DNA of 64,000 bases from Thecamonas trahens ATCC 50062 (taxonomy: Eukaryota; Protista; Apusomonadida), in NCBI RefSeq assembly GCF_000142905.1, contig NW_013657671.1, positions 62,001 through 126,000 on the forward strand. Reading direction: 5' to 3'. A program made the position numbers and the translations under genes. The notes under the pieces were generated by a model. It was not told where the DNA came from, searched no databases, and saw nothing but the letters and a program-made list of their open reading frames with translations. Shown in pieces: positions 10,797 to 22,569 of this stretch. How positions within the stretch are numbered: position 1 is the first letter of the stretch; each line of letters starts with the position of its first letter.

Positions 10797-12523
10797 ATGG
10801 ACGCGCCCTGGCCAACAGACCCACCCCGCATGCCAGCATCTCCCTCCTCCCTCCTCCATGCCCGTCCTCCACCTCAGGCAAGCGCTGTACAGGCCGAGTC
10901 TCGTCGCTCACCACCGGTACCGCTACCGCTACCGCTACCGTCGCGGACAGAGGGAGGTCACGGCCACGGGAGGAAGAAGCAGACAGACCTGGCAGAGTCA
11001 CTGCTGATGGAAGCCATGGGGGCATCATCTTCGTCTCATGCTCCGCTCAATGCTCTTTATACCGAGAGAAAGGCGGCTGTTGAGCAGTGGCTCGCTCAGC
11101 TGGCTCAGGCAAAGGCTCTGGCTGGCCAGCTCCTCGCCCGTGCTCGGGTCCCGCTTGATGCCCTCGCAGCCTCGCAGTCGGCTCTCAAGGCCAGGTTTGC
11201 TGATGAGAAGCGCAGGCTTGCTGCCGCTGCCGATGCACACTATGCTGCTCTCGAGCGCAAGGTCGCAGACAAGGCCGCTGCTGCCGCTGCTCCGTTTGAG
11301 GACGCCGCCGCCGCCCTCGAGGCACGCACCAACGACGTCGCTGCTACCATTGCCATGCTCACCTCGCGGCTGGACGCCTACTCGCCATCGCGGCTCATCG
11401 AAGAGTTCAAGCTCCTCGAAGCATCGGCCATGCACGCTCTGGCTGCTGCCGCACGCGAAGTCTCCATCCCGGACGTCGAGCTTGCCGACCTCGAGCTCCT
11501 CTCCTCCTTCTCCTACGATCCGCTCTTTCTTGCCACAGACACTGAGTTGGCCGCAATTGCCTCTGCCGGCGCGTCTGATGCTGCCCGTGCTGCCCGTGCC
11601 TCGCGGCGCTCCGCCCTTGCCACGGCACTCAACCCTTGCGCCCGCCACGACATCGCGCCCGACGACGCTGCTCCGTCGCCGCCGCCCTCCCCTACACCTG
11701 CTGCTTCCGCTTCCGCTCCACCGTCGCCGACCTCACCTTCAGCCACCCAGCCGCTTCTCTCGGCCTTTTCGCCCGACAAGGTTGCCGACGAGCGCGACGC
11801 CATCATCAACCAGCTTCTGACCTCGTTCCAGGCCCTTGTCGACCGTGGCAACGATGTGAGCGCTCTCCTCGGCATCCCACCGCCGGCTTCATCTGGCCCG
11901 GCTCATGCTCCGCGACTGCCGCGGGCTGAGCCGCTGGTCTCACCGCTCTCGGCCAGCGCCCGCGACACCGACTGGGAGTGGGACCTCCTCGGCGACGACG
12001 AGCTCGAGTCGCACCCGCTTCCGCCATCGCATCCGTCTACCCCGCCCTCACTCGCTCCACCCGATCTCTTCGAGGACCACTACCTCACTCCGTCGCGAGC
12101 ACGGCCAACGCTGCCGATGCCACCGCCGACCTCTCACTCGCTTCAGCCTCAACCGCGCTCAACTCCTCGGCCGCCCGGCTCATCCACCCGCCGCCCGGCT
12201 CCGACTCGCGGCTCTTTGCCTCATTCTTGCTCCCAGATCCTGATGACGACGAGCTCCAATCTGCCGCCCGCAACGTCCGCTCTGTTCCGGCGTCCGCACC
12301 GGTCCCGCCCAATCATTTCCGCTCCTCGCATCGCGCCTCCACCCGCCCGCCGCGTCCGCAACGACCTGCAGCCCCTGCTCGAAGCCCTGTCCGAGCCCCC
12401 GAGCCCGAGCCCGAGGTCGAGCCCAAGCCCGAGCCCTCCGACTGGCCATCCATGATGTTTGGCGCCCAGTCCTCGCTCTTTGCCGCCTCTGCCTCCTCCC
12501 TCGCCTCCTCGGGCCTGTGGTAG
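10797..12523 (+). CDS. Hypothetical coiled-coil/low-complexity protein; probable frame break near 12086
   Basis: Ala-rich coiled-coil in ORF 10713..12455. Host-like coding style appears to continue in ORF 11978..12523 after ~12086. Confidence 0.55.
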
Positions 12524-12998
12524 GCACGGGCAAACAGACCTGTTGCAAGCCGCATCTCCACTTACCCCCCCCCCCCCCTCCGTATTGCTCCACATCTAAC
12601 CCCCACCTCCAATAACCATCCCCTCACCCCCCCCGTCCCTCATCTTGATCATCCATGCCGTTTGCCCTTGCTCCCCAATCATCCCCCCCCCCCCCCCCCC
12701 CCGTNNNNNNNNNNNNNNNNNNNNNNNNNNNNNNNNNNNNNNNNNNNNNNNNNNNNNNNNNNNNNNNNNNNNNNNNNNNNNNNNNNNNNNNNNNNNNNNN
12801 NNNNNNNNNNNNNNNNNNNNNNNNNNNNNNNNNNNNNNNNNNNNNNNNNNNNNNNNNNNNNNNNNNNNNNNNNNNNNNNNNNNNNATTGATTACCAACCT
12901 ACTATACCCCCCCCCTCCCCCCCCCCCCCCCCATTCGCCACCGCCACCCGACCGTTGCCCCGCCCCCCACTCCACTGGCCACCACCCGGACTACCCCC

Positions 12999-14408
12999 AT
13001 GTCGCGGTCCATCTCTGGAGGCAACGACATGCCCGAGTGGCGGCGACGAACATTGAGCCTTCTCAACACATCACCAAGTGCCCGCAGCTCGTCTGCATCC
13101 CCACGTGCTCCTGTTCGTCCCTCGCCCGACCCGGCCACGGCGGCCCGAGTCGCCTACTGGCTCAAGCAGAGTCCGCCGCCCGCCGCCACCGCCAGCTCCG
13201 CACACACGTCGCAGTTTCCCGCCAACTCTTTCGCCCGCTCACCATCACCCATCTCGCACACACTCTCGATGGAAGGATCGGCTTTGTCTCGCCCGATGTC
13301 GCCCACCACCGCCGCTGCCGCCCGCTACGTCGCTCGCCATCGCTCTACCCTCAACACCCCCAACGAGCTGAGGCTACAGGAGATGCGCGACAGATCGACG
13401 CCGCCGCCAACCCCGATGGTCCCGCCGCGGAACAAGCCGAGTGTCCTGGACGAGTCTAACATTGCCCCACCGAGACTGGATCAGGTGTCGGACGCATGCG
13501 AGGTCGAGGCTGAGGCTGAGGCTGAGGCTGAGGCTGAGCCGGAGCCGGAGCCGGAGGCCTCGGCCGAGTCCGAGGCCGATGCCAAAGTCCGCATGCTGGC
13601 TGAAGAGCTCAAGGCTGCGCATGCGCGTGCGCTTGAGGATCGTGAGCTGATTCACACCTCGCAAGCTGGGTACAAGGCCCATGTCGAGCTCCTGGAGGAC
13701 CGCGTGGAGGCGCTTGAGGCCGAGCTTGCCGCAGAGCGGCAAGATCGCAAGGCCGCAGACGCTGCCAAGGCCGTCAATGTCAAGCGCATTGCAGATTTGC
13801 AGGCCGAGCTCGGTAAGGCCAAGCGGAATCAAGCCAAGCTCGTGGCTGCGCTCGACAAGACCCGGTCCAAGCTTGCCGCCGCTCTTGCCGACGCCGACTC
13901 GCAACGCTCGGCACTCACCCAGCAGCTTGACGCCGCCCACGGCAAGCTGGCCAACACCGAGCTTCTGCTCCAGGCCCGCGACCGCCAGCTTGTCCAATCC
14001 CGCGCTGCCTTCAACCTCCGTGTCGGTGAGCTGGAGGATCTTGCCCATCACGCCACCGCCCGTCTCCGGTCGTCGCAAGCCCTCACCGATCCGGCCGCCT
14101 ACATCCCACGCCACGCTCACGACGCGCTCCGAGCCAAGCTAGACAAAGCGCGGGCCGAGATCCGCGACCTCAAGCGGGCCCTTGCCCGGGCCCATCATCC
14201 GCCGGTGGCCGCCATCGACTTTGTGGCTTCAGGCACACCCTCTTATCTCTCTCATCCGGCCACAAGCCACGATGACGACACTTCTGTCGACCACTCTCGA
14301 TCTCTCCACCAGCGCCGCCCTCCGTCGGCCTCACCAGAGCATCCCAAGCTGTTCAAGGTCACCGCCAACCTCACATCGTACGAAACTGACCGCCAGGCCT
14401 ACGCGTAA
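12999..14408 (+). CDS. Hypothetical coiled-coil protein
   Basis: 469-aa ORF with a Ser/Pro-rich N-terminus, an EAEAEPEPE linker and a long heptad region. Confidence 0.7.
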   Translation: MSRSISGGNDMPEWRRRTLSLLNTSPSARSSSASPRAPVRPSPDPATAARVAYWLKQSPPPAATASSAHTSQFPANSFARSPSPISHTLSMEGSALSRPMSPTTAAAARYVARHRSTLNTPNELRLQEMRDRSTPPPTPMVPPRNKPSVLDESNIAPPRLDQVSDACEVEAEAEAEAEAEPEPEPEASAESEADAKVRMLAEELKAAHARALEDRELIHTSQAGYKAHVELLEDRVEALEAELAAERQDRKAADAAKAVNVKRIADLQAELGKAKRNQAKLVAALDKTRSKLAAALADADSQRSALTQQLDAAHGKLANTELLLQARDRQLVQSRAAFNLRVGELEDLAHHATARLRSSQALTDPAAYIPRHAHDALRAKLDKARAEIRDLKRALARAHHPPVAAIDFVASGTPSYLSHPATSHDDDTSVDHSRSLHQRRPPSASPEHPKLFKVTANLTSYETDRQAYA

Positions 14409-14571
14409 CACGCCCACACCACCATCCATCGCCCATTTGCTGTCCATCGCTCCCCACCTTTGCCTCTATCGTGTTGCCCCCCATTTGGCGCGCGCCAAAC
14501 GTCACAGGCACCGCCGCCACCACCACCACCACCCACCGCACCACCACCACCACACACGTCACTCCGTCCAC

Positions 14572-16176
14572 ATGTCTGCACCGGCCAAGCCTCAGTCACT
14601 TCCGTCTCGGGAATGTGGCGAGTCTGGCGAGTCTGGCGGGCGTGTCCGTGTCCGTGTTCGCAAGGCCAAGTCGGGCAAGAAGGCCAAGTCGGGCAAGGCG
14701 GCTGCATCGGGGACGACGGCTGGATCAGGCAACAAGGCAACATACACCACAAACGGCGGAAAGCACTCGATTGGTGCCTCGATCGCAGTCGGGGCCAGGT
14801 GGGAGGCTTATCGGGCCCAGACGGGCGTGGTCCGTGACGGCGAGTTTGCTGGCGGGACCCGGAATCGCATCCTCCATCACGTCCTGGGCCTTGATCCCGA
14901 GTGTCCGCCGTCGTCCGAGGCTGCTCGGTCGTTTGTCTACACCTATGACATGATGTACACCGGGAACGAGCTCCTGGCGGCGCTGGCGGACATGTTCTCC
15001 ATGCGTGAGGCGCTGGAGCAGCTTGCCGGCGCGTCGATGGCGGCCATGCAGGTCTTTGTCATTGGCCTCTCCAAAGCCCGAGCCAGTGTTGTTGCTTTTC
15101 TTGACGAGTGGATCACGCTCCGTCCGCATGCCTTTGCCGCCAATAACGGCGAGCTGATGAACGCCGCGCTCGGATTCATGTCGCAGGCGCTGGTGGCGCC
15201 GGGCGTCGAGGCTGGCCAGCGCGCCAAGCTCGAGCAGATGGCCCGAAGCCTGGTCGTCGCCGGCCCGCTACCGGGTTCGAGCGGGCCAAGTGTCCCGTAT
15301 CTCGACGCTGGCGGGAGCTCGGACTCCCGTGGGGGCTCGGGTGCCACTCTGGCAGTGGCCACGCTTGCGCTCGGCTCGCCGGCACAGGTTGCCGAGCAGA
15401 TCACGCTCCTGCAGCACCGTGCGTTTTCGGACATTGTGCCCGGCGAGCTGCTGGGACTCGGCGGCGAGCCGAGCGCTGCCGAGCTGCGCGCGGCCTCCCC
15501 GGGTCTCGCAGTCTCGCTCGCCCTCTCCGAGACGCTCTCGATGTGGGTCCTCAATGCGGTCTTGCAGGAGCCGTCCAAGTCGCGGCGAATTGCCGTCCGC
15601 GACTTTTTCCTCGCACTCTCCAAGGCCTGCTTTGACATGGACAACGTGTGCGGGGCGCGCGATGTGCTCATGGCGCTAGACCACTCGCTCATCTCAAACC
15701 TCAAGGAGCACACAGCCGAGTGGCGCGGCGCCGACTCGGAGTACTACACCACGTACATTCCAGTCTATCTCGATGCGAGGCACCTCAAGGTCCGCGAGCT
15801 AATGATGAGCCGGCCGCGGCCGACGGTTCCTGTCGTTGTCGCCTTCAAGTACTGGTCCGTCCAGGCCGACATGAAGACTCCGCTGGTACTCGACACGCAG
15901 TCGTCGCTCTCGCCAGGCAGCGGGCCTGCGCTAGCCCGCGACCCCGGGCCCGAGACCCAGTGGTACTCGATGGACAAGGTTCGCATTCTCGGCTCGACCG
16001 CGGCGGAGCTCGCCTCGCTGCAGGGCGGCGAGTACTTTTTCGAGCCGGATGCGGCAATCTCTTCGTTTATCACCGCTCTGCCGGCCCGCCTCTGGCCGAT
16101 GCGCAAGCTGGAGAAGCAGGCCGACGCCATCGACCCGATGGATCCAGCGCTGGCGGCGGCGCTCGGCCTCGCATGA
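14572..16176 (+). CDS. Divergent RasGEF (REM + CDC25 domain) protein
   Basis: REM-like SFVYTY..NELLAAL and VVAFLDEWI. CDC25-like PAQVAEQITLL..F.DI.P.EL, LSMWVLNAVL..SRRIAVRDFF.ALSKACFDMDN. Confidence 0.75.
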   Translation: MSAPAKPQSLPSRECGESGESGGRVRVRVRKAKSGKKAKSGKAAASGTTAGSGNKATYTTNGGKHSIGASIAVGARWEAYRAQTGVVRDGEFAGGTRNRILHHVLGLDPECPPSSEAARSFVYTYDMMYTGNELLAALADMFSMREALEQLAGASMAAMQVFVIGLSKARASVVAFLDEWITLRPHAFAANNGELMNAALGFMSQALVAPGVEAGQRAKLEQMARSLVVAGPLPGSSGPSVPYLDAGGSSDSRGGSGATLAVATLALGSPAQVAEQITLLQHRAFSDIVPGELLGLGGEPSAAELRAASPGLAVSLALSETLSMWVLNAVLQEPSKSRRIAVRDFFLALSKACFDMDNVCGARDVLMALDHSLISNLKEHTAEWRGADSEYYTTYIPVYLDARHLKVRELMMSRPRPTVPVVVAFKYWSVQADMKTPLVLDTQSSLSPGSGPALARDPGPETQWYSMDKVRILGSTAAELASLQGGEYFFEPDAAISSFITALPARLWPMRKLEKQADAIDPMDPALAAALGLA

Positions 16177-16192
16177 GTGCCTGCTCGCGGCG

Positions 16193-17362
16193 TCAGTGCG
16201 ACTGGACGACCCGGTACGACGAGATCGGCTGCGACGGGTCGAGCTTCGACGGCGAGCACGCAGGCGTGGCAAATTCATGCGCCACGCGGGTGGCCTCTTC
16301 CTTAGATGCCCGTGGCGCGCTCGCTGCCTCCTGGACCAGCCGCTGGTGCACGGCTGACTGGTGGCGGCACTCGGCAGCAAGGTACGCTCGCCAGTCGGAC
16401 GCTACTTGTCGCTCGACAGCCAAGAGGCTGCTCGCCGACGTGGCCACCGAAGCGTCAAAGTCCGGCTTGACAAAGTATATGATGCCTTCGGCGCGGGTGA
16501 ACCGCGGAACCGCGTACGTTGCGTCGCGGAAGAGCGAGTAGCTCGGGTCCGCCGCGCCCGAATCGGTGGCCGACAGCAGGACCATGACCAGCACAAAGAG
16601 CAGCGGCAGCATTTGCGCAATGTTAAAGGTAAAAGCCCCGCCATCAGAGCCTGCAAAAGGGCTCCGTCCGCGCTGGAACCCGCCGCCACGCCCGCCAGCC
16701 CGGTAGTGTCCGCTCTGCCGCGCAAAGTGCGTCCGGAACAGCTGCTCAAAGATGTCGTCCGGATGCATCGGGTACTCGGGTCGCGCCCGTGGCGCCGCCG
16801 CCGCGTCCTCGCGATCAAACCCAATCGAGTCGTAGTCGCTCCGCCGGCTCTCGTCGCTGAGGCAGTCGTACGCCTTTTGCACCGAGGTGAACGCCTCCTT
16901 GGCCCCTGGCGCCGTGTTCTTGTCCGGATGCAGCTTGAGCGCCATCTTGCGATACGCCTTTTTGATCTCTTTGCCCGATGCCGTCTTGGCCACGCCCAAC
17001 ACTGCATAGTAGTCGTTCTTGGCCTGCAGCACCTTCCGGATGACGTCCACGTGGCCTTGCGGCACAGCGCTCGTCCCTCCTGCCGCCGCCTTGCCTCCTC
17101 CTGCCGAGCCAGCTCCTCCTGCTGCCGACGACGACGACGCCGCCGCCGCCGAGCTCCCACCCCCGCCACTTCCGCCACTTCCGCCACGTCCACCACCACT
17201 CCCGCCCTCGGCCTCGGCAATGGTCTGCAGCACCTGCCGTGCGTCTGGGTTCTCGTGGAGCTGGAGCGACTTTGAGGCAAACTTGCGGGCTCGGGCAAAG
17301 TCACCGCGGGCAAGAGCCTTACGGGCAATGTCCACGCACCGCTGCGCCTCGTCTGCGTTCAT
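16193..17362 (-). CDS. ER-membrane J-domain protein DNAJB12/14-like (J domain, TM, DUF1977)
   Basis: [10 protein letters not shown]-terminus, [39 protein letters not shown] segment [15 protein letters not shown], then PSYSL..YFVK. Confidence 0.9.
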   Translation of the reverse strand: MNADEAQRCVDIARKALARGDFARARKFASKSLQLHENPDARQVLQTIAEAEGGSGGGRGGSGGSGGGGSSAAAASSSSAAGGAGSAGGGKAAAGGTSAVPQGHVDVIRKVLQAKNDYYAVLGVAKTASGKEIKKAYRKMALKLHPDKNTAPGAKEAFTSVQKAYDCLSDESRRSDYDSIGFDREDAAAAPRARPEYPMHPDDIFEQLFRTHFARQSGHYRAGGRGGGFQRGRSPFAGSDGGAFTFNIAQMLPLLFVLVMVLLSATDSGAADPSYSLFRDATYAVPRFTRAEGIIYFVKPDFDASVATSASSLLAVERQVASDWRAYLAAECRHQSAVHQRLVQEAASAPRASKEEATRVAHEFATPACSPSKLDPSQPISSYRVVQSH

Positions 17363-17595
17363 ACTACCTCCTTCCACGCTTGCCGCAACCGTTTCTTCCC
17401 TGTGCGTCAAGTGGGTGACCCTGTTTCCCCCTGTCCCCGCATTCCCTAGCCCCCCCTGCCCCTGCCCCCCCCATGACTCTGCCCCTCCTGCCCCCTCCCG
17501 AACCCTCTCCCCATTGGTGACGTCGCCAGGATCAGATCAGCTGCTGCCACCTGCCCCCCCCCTTTTCTGACTCCAACTGTATTTCCCCCATAACC

Positions 17596-20055
17596 TTACT
17601 GCAGCTTCTTCATTACCGCACGCTGAAAGAGCTCGTTTTGCTCGCGATGCTTGGCGGTGATGGTTCGGTACTCGCTACGGGCGGCCTTGGCAACCTCCAG
17701 CGCGTTGATGTATGCCTGCTCGGACGTGCTGACAAAGTCGCGGAGGATCTGCAGCGGACCGGCGAGTGTCGTGTTGACATCCTCAAGCAAGGCAGGGCCC
17801 TTGGCAGAGAAAACGATGAGTGAGCCCGGGTGCGCGCGAGAGCCGCGGATCGCTGCCGTCCCATCAATGCCCTCGCCGCTGCCTTCGCCGCTGTCAAAGA
17901 CCCGCGAGGCTTCGGCGACCTTGGACCCTGTGGCGGCATCGAGCACAACAAGCGCGCTTCGGAGCTGCGCGAGGAGAAGCGGCGGCCCTTCCGGATCACC
18001 TGCATCCGGTACCGCCTTGAGCTGGACAACGTTGGTCCCGAGGCCCTCGATCGACACGTACGGGTAAGCAGCAAAGCCCATCCGGAGCGGTCGCGCTGCC
18101 TTGCGTGCCTCTGCTTCCGAGTCCGAGTACGACGAGTCCGAGTCCGAGTCCGAGTCCGAGTCCGAGTCAAGTGCCCCGTCATCCCCGCTTGCTTCGAGTC
18201 CAACCCGGTACCCGGTGATGGCGCGCCCACGGATGCCGCCGGTGCCGACCATGACGTAGGCCGCCAGTCGTCCGGCCAGGGTCATAACGTGGACGTCGAC
18301 GGCAGTGACGAGGCCGCGGACTGCGGCCTGCCGCCCGACTTGTCGCCGGCTAGCCATGTCCCACAGCGTAAGCGTGCCGTCCTTGGCCGCTGTCAGCAGC
18401 AGCCGGCCGCCGATCATCCGCATGGCGGTCCCGGTCGACGGCTCAAAGCCCGAGGTCTTGGCTCCACCGGTCAGCTTTTCCACCGACTGGTAGATGAACC
18501 GCCGCGACGAGAGCCGCAGCACCTCCCACACATGGATTGTCGCGTCGTTTTCCTCACTCGACCAGAACGTGCCCGCCACAAGGCCAAAGACCAGGCCTGC
18601 TACCGGTGAGAGCGAAGCTGCAGGCACCGTCAGTAGCAAGTTGAGCGAGCCCTGCGAAAAGGCGAGCACGTTGCGGCCCGAAGCCACAAACACCAGCCGG
18701 CTCGTGGCATCGACAAGAGCCACGCCCAGCGACGCTGCTGCGCTCGACGACACATACGTCGCATGCACAAGCTTAGGTCGCGCCCGTGAGCAGAGCTTCC
18801 ACAGCCCCACCATCCGCGCCACGCTGTGGATCGTGATAAACACGCCGCGCTTGATGCTCGCCCGCAGGACCAGGTTTGCCGCAGACAGCGTGTGGTCGTC
18901 GACGTCAACGGCAGGCCCCATCTCGTCGGACGGCTTGGTCGTGCCCTTGCCCGGCACCGCCATCGACGTCGAGTCGGGTAGCGCCACTGCAGCAAGGTTG
19001 ACAGCGTGATGGAATGCGCCGTCGGCGGCCCGTTCACCGCCAGGTACAACCGCCAGCTGTCCGTCGCGCGAGCCCAGAATCCAAACAGAGCCCGTACCTG
19101 ACGGCAGCGCCAGCTCCAGCGCCGACAGCACGCTCACCTGCGGCGTTAGCCTCCCCGCCAGTGGGGAGAGCTGAAGGACCGCCGGGCGGAAAATAGGCTT
19201 GGGTGGTGCAGACGGCGGCGGTGGGAGCGGCGGCGGCGGCACAATGCTGGCCTTTCGCAGAGTCGTCGGATGCGCTCGCCACGCCTTGCCCACCGCCGAC
19301 CGCCACTTGGCCGACAGCGCCTTGCCCTTGGCCTTGGTCTTGGTCGAGTTCTTCCACTCGGTACCCTTACCTATCTCGCTCGTCCCTGCCGAGTACAGGG
19401 TGTAGATCCGGGCCGGCGGCGGCTCGCGCGACTGCTGCGGTGCTGAAATCCCGTCAGGCGTCACCGTCGCAATGTCAAACCCGTTGAGCTCGCGGACCGC
19501 CGCCGGCGACGACAGCCGTGAGGGGTACTCGATGGTTACAATCGACGCAATCCAGATGATGCCCTTGAGCACCGGCTCGTTCCCACCACCAGTCCCGACC
19601 TCGCCCTCGCGACGCCAGCCCTTCTTCACCGCGTAGTACTCCAGCCGATCGTGGAAGAGCCGAAACAGTCGAGTGTCAAAGCCCTTGTGCCTGCTCTTGC
19701 CCGACGACTTGACGAGCAGGCCCTCTAGAATGACATCGTCGCCATCGGCCTTGCTCCGCCACTCTGTCTCGTACATGCCCATCAGCACAGCATCATCAGT
19801 CCCCACATGGACCACAGCCTTCTCTTCCAGCCCCGCCTCTTGCAGCGATTCCCCATGCGGCAGCGGATCGTATCGATGTCCCGCCCGCACAACCAGCTCG
19901 CTTGATGCCACTCCTGCCAGCGCCGGAAACCGTGCTTGTGCCAGCTGAACAAGCTCTCTCACAGCAGCATCATCATCAACCTGAACCACCTTGGTCATCG
20001 ATGGCGTCGATGATGGCATGGGCGCATGGAGCACGAGGACCAACCGGACAACCAT
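17596..20055 (-). CDS. Ubiquitin-like + PH + beta-propeller-like protein
   Basis: N-terminal beta-grasp-like segment (..GESLQEAGL), PH domain (ILEGLLVKS..RLFRLFHDRLEYY..KGIIWI..W), poly-Pro linker, WD-like motifs (TIHVWE, LLTAAKDGTLTLWD). Confidence 0.6.
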   Translation of the reverse strand: MVVRLVLVLHAPMPSSTPSMTKVVQVDDDAAVRELVQLAQARFPALAGVASSELVVRAGHRYDPLPHGESLQEAGLEEKAVVHVGTDDAVLMGMYETEWRSKADGDDVILEGLLVKSSGKSRHKGFDTRLFRLFHDRLEYYAVKKGWRREGEVGTGGGNEPVLKGIIWIASIVTIEYPSRLSSPAAVRELNGFDIATVTPDGISAPQQSREPPPARIYTLYSAGTSEIGKGTEWKNSTKTKAKGKALSAKWRSAVGKAWRAHPTTLRKASIVPPPPLPPPPSAPPKPIFRPAVLQLSPLAGRLTPQVSVLSALELALPSGTGSVWILGSRDGQLAVVPGGERAADGAFHHAVNLAAVALPDSTSMAVPGKGTTKPSDEMGPAVDVDDHTLSAANLVLRASIKRGVFITIHSVARMVGLWKLCSRARPKLVHATYVSSSAAASLGVALVDATSRLVFVASGRNVLAFSQGSLNLLLTVPAASLSPVAGLVFGLVAGTFWSSEENDATIHVWEVLRLSSRRFIYQSVEKLTGGAKTSGFEPSTGTAMRMIGGRLLLTAAKDGTLTLWDMASRRQVGRQAAVRGLVTAVDVHVMTLAGRLAAYVMVGTGGIRGRAITGYRVGLEASGDDGALDSDSDSDSDSDSSYSDSEAEARKAARPLRMGFAAYPYVSIEGLGTNVVQLKAVPDAGDPEGPPLLLAQLRSALVVLDAATGSKVAEASRVFDSGEGSGEGIDGTAAIRGSRAHPGSLIVFSAKGPALLEDVNTTLAGPLQILRDFVSTSEQAYINALEVAKAARSEYRTITAKHREQNELFQRAVMKKLQ

Positions 20056-20808
20056 ACTCTCTCTCTCTCACACACACTCACGCGCGCTTTCTCTCTGTCT
20101 CTCTCTCCGTCCGTCCGTCCCTCCCTCCTCCCGGCGTTGTCTTCTCAACCTGGCGACAAGTCTGACTCTAGCCTATGTCTGCATCCGCCTCTCCCCGTCA
20201 CGCCGGTTACGGTCGCTGTTGTTGTCGTTGTCGTTGGCCGTCGTTGCCTCGTCACTCGCTCCCCACCGCCACCCAGGCATACTTTGGACCGTACACACGG
20301 AAATAGAAAATATCGACATGTGTGACTCTCTCCATGACATAGCCAAGATTGTGCACATGTCATACATGTGTGTAAAGTGCTTGATGGGGGGGGTAATACC
20401 GCAGATCGGGCTTGGATAACCCCAGGTCCCGCTCTTGGCTCCTGCCAGTGTGGATTGGCGCCTTGCCACCCCCACCCCCACCTCAACTGCTCGTATGGCA
20501 CGTATCCTGGTGATCCTTGTCCCTCCACACCACCTCACCTGACCAACACTCCCTTTCTACGTATGTACTATATGTCAGGACAACCATACCTTCTTTTCCA
20601 TACAGTTATGGCCAGATCGAGGATGATTGCACGCACCGGCCTGCGGCAGTGCCATCCGCCGGACAGTAGCCGTTGGGGCCGAGCAAAGAGGGGGGGACAA
20701 CGGGCACGACACCGACTGACACTCCACCACCACCACCACCACCACCACCACTACCACTACACCTACCCATCCACCACACACACACACACATCCACACGTG
20801 CAGTACTT

Positions 20809-22227
20809 ATGGCATCCACTCGGTCGTATGACCGCAACCCGGAAATCATGGCGGTAGGTCGGGTGCCCGGCGGGGCGGGAAGCGGCGGGAAGGGGGGGGG
20901 GCGCCACGGCGGGTGCTCCTCCTCAGTCTTGGGGGGATCTGAGATGGACATGACTAACAGGAGGGAGACGGGATAGGCTGGTGTGCGGTCGTCGACAGGA
21001 GCGAGCTCAACGGCTCAGTGTTTGAAGTCGCCTGGGCGGGCAGCCACACCCGAGACGGTCAGGCGGTTCCGGTCGACGTATTTGAGGCAGCCTGGAGAGA
21101 GGACGAGGAATCATGTGACGGTGGACGATCCGCCGCCGAGGCCAGATGCGTACTCGTACGGAGTGAGGACAAACCATGGGCCTGACTCGACCGCGGCTCT
21201 GATGAAGCTGCCGTACAAGTCGGAGCTCCTGGCGGAGGCCGAGGAGATCTACGAGGAGGCCACCTTCAAGGGGAGGGTGTACCGGCGGCTGGGTGCAGCG
21301 CCGGCAACGTCGCGTGGCGCAAAGCTTCCGCAAGCTGTCCGCAATCCAGAGTACCGCTTCGGCATTGCCTCGGACTCGTCGATGTCGGCCAAGGAGCTCA
21401 TCCAGCCATCTGACGGCGAGAACGTCGAGGAGACCGATCCACGCATTGTGGAGATGTACAAAAAGTCGCACCGGGCATACGCGCCTGGCGAGCAAGTCCG
21501 CACTGGGCTCTCGATGCGCAACATCGATCCTGCCACCCACCGGTTCGGGGCGCGGGCGGAGCGCTCGTACAACGAGGGCGGCGTCGCCGGCGTCCTCACC
21601 TGGACCAACGACGTGGAAGGTGGCGACCACACGGCGGTGCTTGTGCCCAAGCACATGGCCGAGCTCCACGCCAAGACCCAGCCACGGGTCGGCGTTTCGC
21701 GCTCGCGGGCGCTGCTGGCCACCGGCGAGGTGCCGGACAAGGCCTTTGGCACCGTCTCGCGGACCGACTCGATCGGAGCCGGCGAGCTCATCCACAACTC
21801 GCTGCCTTCAGAGCTGCTCGCCGAGGATCCGTCGCTGGGCAGGCCAGAGGTGCCCAAGGGCCGTCCGCGGGGCACTGGCCGCGTTGACCGCGACCGCGTC
21901 TACGGCGTGCCGTCCATCCGGTCCGACGTCCCACCTCCGGGCGTCCGCAAGCTCGACGACCGTCAGAATTACGGCGACGAGAAGGGCGCGTGGGAGCTGC
22001 TCAACCCTTCGCCATACCACACCATCGGTGTCACCGAGGACGACTTTCTTACTCCGCTACCCAAGGCCGAGCTCCGCGACATTGTCTCTGGTGCCGGCAT
22101 CGACCTCACGCCGGCAGTCTTTGACTCGGTCCACACCGCTGCTGCTGCTCTTGATCCCAATGGTCTTGTCTCCATCGAGACCTTCCGCAATGTTCTCGAT
22201 GAGTTCCGTGCCCGCGGCATGGCCTAA
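20809..22227 (+). CDS. EFHB: EFHB/CFAP21-like flagellar protein; exons 20809-20853 and 20977-22227
   Basis: YDRNPEIMA/AG.., TPETVRRFR, YKKSH.AY.PGEQ, YGVPSIRSD..RKLDDRQNYGDE, GLVSIETFRNVL. Intron gtaggt..gactaac..tag. Confidence 0.85.
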
Positions 22228-22569
22228 CGCTGTCGATCCTTGCGCGAGCGAGCGAGCGAGCCAGCCAGCCAGCCAGCCTCTGCGTGCCCTCGGGCATGCT
22301 GAGCTGAGTAAATCGACGCTCGATGTGACTTTTGACGCCATCGTATCGCCCAGACTCCCCACCCACCGCAGGACATCCGCCCAGCGCAGTAAGCCAGTGC
22401 GCTTGCCCATGACTCGCGTGCGACAACATGACCAAAGAGCCATCACGGCCGGCATCGCGGCATGGCGGAGAGAAGGCAGGCAGGGGGTGACCGAGGCCGG
22501 TGCGAAGGGGAACAACCGGGCACTTGTCGCATATAGGCTAGACGGGCGTGTAGGGGAAGAGGCGGAGGT

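Noticed and set aside
10321-10830. Apparent duplication around the gap (10355-10404 vs 10783-10827; 10326-10345 vs 10506-10530)
   Set aside because: The copies differ only by scattered single-base indels and flank an N-gap between poly-C tracts. This fits overlapping low-quality contig ends, not a real repeat.
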